From: Amoebidium appalachense
Taxonomy: Eukaryota; Protista; Ichthyosporea
Assembly: GCA_963693365.1 (NCBI GenBank)
Contig: CAVNZM010000002.1
Coordinates: forward strand, 7,966,454 to 8,030,453
Reading direction: 5' to 3'
DNA: 64,000 bases
Numbering within the stretch: position 1 is the first letter of the stretch; each line of letters begins with the position of its first letter. The position numbers and the translations under genes were made by a program. The notes under the pieces were generated by a model that ran no database searches, had not been told where the DNA came from, and worked only from the letters and a program-made list of their open reading frames with translations. Below, piece by piece: positions 59,036-64,000 of the stretch.

Positions 59036-59380
59036 AGTGTGTACCAAAAGGGACCTGGACTTCTTTGTATACAATCGATATTTAATCGGTTGAAAACAGC
59101 AAAACAAGACTTGTACATATATAATAACCACAAGATACTAAACCATCCAGAAGACTTGTACATATATAATAACCACAAGATACTAAACCATCCAGAACCA
59201 GAAAAAAAAAGATGCCTACATGCTATGATCCATAAGATGCTCGTTAACATAAATACAGAAACCGTAAGGTGCTACCAGTATCAACAGTCATATATTAAAA
59301 TACATCAGCCAGCCCCTGTGGCCATACCCAGCCCCTGACACATACAACAAAATCAAAACACACCCCTCACCACTCCCAAC

Positions 59381-60648
59381 CTAATCTTCATCGTTTTCAT
59401 CACTGTCCCCGTGAATAACCTGTATATCTGAAACTTGCTTTGCTCGTGTCCTGCCACTGCGGGCAGGGGCTGGTTTCTGACTCGGTTTTGGTTTCTTTGC
59501 TCGACCACTTTCTTTCCCTTTCTTCCCCTCGACCTTCTCGCCCAAAGCCATCATGTCCTCCAATTCCTCATCTACTGCCGTCTCAAATGACGTCTCTTCC
59601 TGGCGGTGCCGTTTGTACACACCAAAAGAATTATCTGACACCCCTCTCTTTGAACCCTGGGAATATGCAGAGGGGTTCGACATCATGGAGGCCCCAAAAG
59701 TGTGGGATTGGGTGCTGGTAACGGTGGTGAGGGACGGATTGAAGGGGGGTACGGGCATGGAAAAACCGGGTGGGGGGAGGGGGAGAATGGGCAGGGGGAG
59801 GTTGAGGGGGGTTTTGGGCTGAGTGGTACCGGGCGGGGGGAGGGTGGGGATGGGATTTTGATTGGTCGTACCAGGGGGGGGAGGGGGGGGGCGAGACCGT
59901 GTTGGACGGTAATGTCGGGGAGGGGCTGGGGGTCATTCCAATCACGAAGTTTCTGTGTGCTCTCGTCGATTGTTCTACGGTATGATTCCCTCATGGTCGC
60001 AATGTGTGACTGAAGCTTGGTAATCTCGGCCCGGTATCTTTCCCCTTCAGCCTGATGCTCCAGGATATCGGCCACCTTTCCAACAAGCTGCCCTTCGAGG
60101 TCCCGATTCTTTGCCGATAACACCTGTTCCTTTGCATCTGCAAGGTGTTTTTGTTTGGCCGCCGCCGATTTTAGCTCGGCAATTTCCCCCTTAAGGATTT
60201 GGATGTCGTGATCCTTCGTTTGTAATTCTTTCTCTGCGGCTTCCAGCTTCTCCTGCAATTCGGTGGTTGGGGTGGTGACAGCGGGTGCAGTGGCCGCAGT
60301 ACCGACCTTTGCCAATGCAGAGGCAATGGCACTGTCTACTTTCAACTGCAACACAGTCTCCAAGTACTCTTCGAACATTTTTGGATCGACGGGAGCAGTG
60401 TCGCCGGAGTGTGGGGGGGGGTTGGATGGGGGGGGGGGGACTTCCCCGCCGAAGGGGGGGGGGGGTTGGAGGGGGGGGGGGACTTCCCCGCCGAAGTGTG
60501 GGGGGGGTTGGATGGGGAGAGGACTTCGCCGCCGGAGTGTGGGGGGGAGTTGGATGGGGGGGGGGGCTTGCGTTGTGACGGGGTCGGCGGACTTGCTGAT
60601 GTTGGTTTCGTATGACCCCGACCCGGGAGCTTGCTGGGAATAATCCAT
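59381..60648 (-). CDS. Hypothetical Pro-rich coiled-coil protein with basic/acidic C-terminus; probable frameshift in the C-rich stretch ~59760-59900
   Basis: MDYSQQAPG...coiled coil (ELQEKLEAAEKELQTKDHDIQILKGEIAELK). The overlapping ORF 59381-59758 in another frame supplies a plausible C-terminus. Confidence 0.6.
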
Positions 60649-60699
60649 CGTGACAGTTTTCACAAAAAAAAGGATAAACAAAGGGAAAAAAAGAAAGGA

Positions 60700-60982
60700 A
60701 GTCTTACGTTTCTCTGCGCAAACACAGTCGTGTGCAAACCCAGTCGTGAACAAGGGAAAAAGGAAAAAAAAAACAAGGGAAAAAGGAAAAAAAAAAAAGA
60801 AAGTGCTACGAATACGATTCTCTGTTGTGAACAAAGGAAAAAGTAAAAAAAAGAGTGTTACGTTTCTCTGCGCAAACACAGTCCTGTGCAAACCCAGTCG
60901 TGAACAAGAGAAAAAGAAAAAAAAAAAGAGAGTGTTACGTTTCTCTAGGCAAACACCGTCGTGTGCAAACACAGCCATGAAC
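60700..60982. repeat. Three direct repeats TTACGTTTCTCT..GCAAACAC.GTC.TGTGCAAAC.CAG.C.TGAACAA separated by A-rich spacers
   Basis: Copies at ~60704, ~60858 and ~60934. Confidence 0.85.
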
Positions 60983-62133
60983 AAAAGAATCAGAAAAGTA
61001 GAAAATGACAGCGCTGTGAACTGATATAAAAAAACCGCCATCAATAATTTATGTGAAGCCATTGCGCAAAATACGATCTTATGTTACGAGAATCAAGCAT
61101 AAGAAAAACAGAACCTTTTGGCGCTGTTAGCGAATATATCTCTAATCGTGTTTGGTTCACAGGTAAACTGTATAAAAAAGGTGAATATACGAAATAAAAA
61201 TATAATATACAGGACAAAACGAGCGCTAGTTTAAAACATCGAAGGATATACGCTTTCACAACATCTTATTCGCGGACCTTTTTACGTGCAAGCGTTTTGA
61301 TTGGTGCATAGGGGTTGGTTCTTGCCCCACGTGATTCGCGGCGCTGATGCTCAGGGTATTCTGATTGACCGAAATCGAAGCATCGGATTCAAATTGGGCA
61401 AATACAAAACGCTTTCCAACCAAAATCCCAAGCGCATGGTTGTTTATTTATAGAACCTTATATGTCATAAAACATACAACCCTCTTTTAGGATTTCCCTT
61501 ATTCCTTGCTCAGTCAAAACGCTCCAGGGTCGGTGCTGCTATCAGTCACTAAGTAATTTCATTGGCCAGTCATCACGTAAATGCGCCAGCCAACAAAACC
61601 AATCGGTGATTGGTGAATAATGGTTGGGTCAACGTGATCGGGCACTGGTACTCTAGGCAAGCGCTTATCGGCATTGGTACAATCTAGTTGGTCAATACAC
61701 CGTGACTCAAGGCTGCAACGCTTTTCGAAGACCAGATTCACAGGACCCTTTCCAAACAAAATTCCAAGCAAATGTCTGTGTCCGCGTAAAGTATAAATAA
61801 ACATAAATAAATTATGCTTTTTTAATATTTATTGCCTATTAGAATAAATCACAATTGTTACTCGCAAAAGGGTCTTGGTTGGGCAGGCTGGCCTTGCTAC
61901 CCAAACTATTATTAGCCGATCTCACTGATTAGCTTATTATCACGTACGCGCCAATCAGCGATTCCATTGGCCAAACTGAACAAAACATTAATTGGCCAGT
62001 CATCAAAAACGTGATTTTCTTGCTTGCTTCAAGCTTTGCGAAATGAGAATATATGTTCAACACTCTCTTTGCGCTCTATATACAACGGAGAAATTACAAG
62101 AGTCCATCTTGATTCCCGAACGAACAAATATAA

Positions 62134-62327
62134 CCAAGCGCACCACACCAGTTCGTGTTACTTTCGCCCGGCGCTGCTGTTGTACATGTTTCAAACATAA
62201 CCAAGCGCGCCACACCAATTCGTGTCACTTTCGCCCAGCGCTGCTGTTGTGCATGTTTCAAACGTAATCAGGCGCACCACATCAGTTCGTGTCACTTTCG
62301 CCCAGCGCTGCTGTTGTACATGTTTCC
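62134..62327. repeat. Tandem repeat ~67 bp x 3
   Basis: GCGC.CCAC...TTCGTGT.ACTTTCGCCC.GCGCTGCTGTTGT.CATGTTTC occurs three times. Confidence 0.9.
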
Positions 62328-62611
62328 ATTGTAATTACAAATAGGCTAGACGAAAACAACAAAGAAACTTGTTATAATAACCTGTGCACACCGCGCTATC
62401 AGTTGTCCCCTTTTTTAGCCAATACAGATACATAGAATGTCCTTCATGTTTCCCTGTGCGAGGCACATTTTAGGCTTATGCACACAATCGTAGATTGTTT
62501 GGGATACGAAAACAGAGCACACACACAAACGAGTTCTGCTAAACACAAACATTGTTAGACTGGACACAAAAAACATAGCGCGCGCATGCACGAGCTTTCC
62601 TAGGAACGATT

Positions 62612-62805
<194 letters not shown>

Positions 62806-62920
62806 AAGCACGAGCGCTACAACACGGTGGCACAAGCACACAGACAGAGCGCTCTCACAGACAGTCTTACAGGCAGAGGGTGCTCACAATTACACACATC
62901 ACAAAAACACACACAGCAAC

Positions 62921-63718
62921 ATGGCTGTTAACGGCGATATTCTGGCGCTCATCACTCGTGCATTCCCGAGCAGCATACCACTCGACCCACCCACATTTAG
63001 GCTTTCGAACGACGTTGATCCGTCAGTTATATTTACCGGTAAAAGGCTACTCACACGTCAGAGTATTTATCGTCATCCTCAAAAAAAAAAACTCGCACCG
63101 ATCATATATTTGGTGATGCCAACGGGTTCAGAACATGTTTATGTTTTTTTGATTGAACTGGACGACGGACGTCCTAGTTGCAGGAAGAACTACAACCTAC
63201 ACGAATTCGAAAACGACATGGGCATCCCGGAAGTTGTAGCCTGGATTCTCAGATTTGGTGGTCCTCGATGGAAGATTTATGATCTTCACAGCTATCATCC
63301 GTTTTCGAGTGAGGGTTGGGCGGTGAAGCTCGGTCGCATTTCTCTGTATCCTGGCAGTAAGGACTACAGTCGCATACCTGCCGTGGTGGGTACTTTGCCG
63401 GGGGAGTTCCAGATTTGTCGCATCTTCAAAAAGCACGGATGGAAAGTGTGGTGGGATGGGGCTGCACGTAGCCCCCCAGGCAGCCCCGCTTTCAAGCTAC
63501 CTGCACCGACGAGTGACCGACCGAGAAAGCGGGCAAGAGTGGAGGGGGGAGAGGGAGGGGGTGGGGAGGGGGGGGAGAGGGGGAGGGAGAGGAGGGGAGG
63601 GAGAGGGAGAGGGTGGGGGTGGGGAGGGGGGAGAGGGGGAGGGGGAGAGAGAGGGAGAGGGTGGGCGTGGGGAGGGGGGAGAGGGGGAGGGGGAGGGAGA
63701 GGGAGAGGGTGGGGGTAG
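62921..63718 (+). CDS. Hypothetical protein, ~200-aa globular-looking region followed by NLS-like RPRKRAR; the 3' part runs into G-rich repeats so the end is uncertain
   Basis: Non-repetitive open frame starting at GCAACATGG; no family recognised. Confidence 0.5.
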   Translation: MAVNGDILALITRAFPSSIPLDPPTFRLSNDVDPSVIFTGKRLLTRQSIYRHPQKKKLAPIIYLVMPTGSEHVYVFLIELDDGRPSCRKNYNLHEFENDMGIPEVVAWILRFGGPRWKIYDLHSYHPFSSEGWAVKLGRISLYPGSKDYSRIPAVVGTLPGEFQICRIFKKHGWKVWWDGAARSPPGSPAFKLPAPTSDRPRKRARVEGGEGGGGEGGERGRERRGGRGRGWGWGGGRGGGGERGRGWAWGGGRGGGGGRGRGWG

Positions 63719-64000
63719 GGGGGGGGGGGGGGGGGGGGAGGGGGGAGAGGGGGAGGGGGAGGGAGAGGGAGAGGGTGGGGATGGGGGGAGGAGAGGGAGG
63801 GGCAGAGGGGGCAGAGGGCTACCGCCACACCCGCAACACATCTCCTTGGGATTTCAGGCCGGGTAACCCCCCCCCCCAACACACAAGCCATTACACGTCT
63901 GCACGCATGCATGCACCTGGGCTATCCCCCCTCTCCCCGCACACACACGGAAGGGATCACACGTCTGCACGCACGCATGCACCTGGGCTATCCCCCCCGC

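Noticed and set aside
60649-61062. Phe-rich N-terminal extension of ORF 59683-61062 that looks like TM segments
   Set aside because: It derives from T-rich spacers of the 60700-60982 repeats; the ATG at 60648 is the more plausible start.

Overview
Eukaryotic genomic DNA with intron-rich genes embedded in very long poly-C/poly-G, (CA)n/(GT)n and (TC)n tracts. Most ORFs in the supplied track are microsatellite artefacts. The organism cannot be identified; GLT8D1-like and SMCO4-like genes fit a unicellular holozoan, but that is inference. Left part (0.5-25.7 kb): 3' end of a PhzF/PBLD-family gene; an apparent HIT + TsaE + TsaD/Qri7 three-domain fusion gene; a tiny SMCO4-like gene on the - strand; and a 10-exon GT8 (GLT8D1-like) glycosyltransferase. 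Middle (27-47 kb): a transposon nest with a decayed DNA-transposase-like gene and four copies of two divergent APE-RT non-LTR retrotransposon families (A and B). These families share unusual features: a 3' terminus GTAAACCCCC instead of terminal poly(A), a similar 5'UTR hairpin, and a -1 frame break right after the endonuclease WNAR motif. In family A the break is a 32-nt hairpin insert between 7-nt direct repeats that is 23/25 complementary to the element's own 3'UTR. Right part (48-64 kb): two convergent paralogous secreted Trp/Cys-rich proteins with a near-identical core, then intronless orphan ORFs interleaved with minisatellites. All calls come from manual reading without database searches; homopolymer lengths and single-base frameshifts may be sequencing errors.
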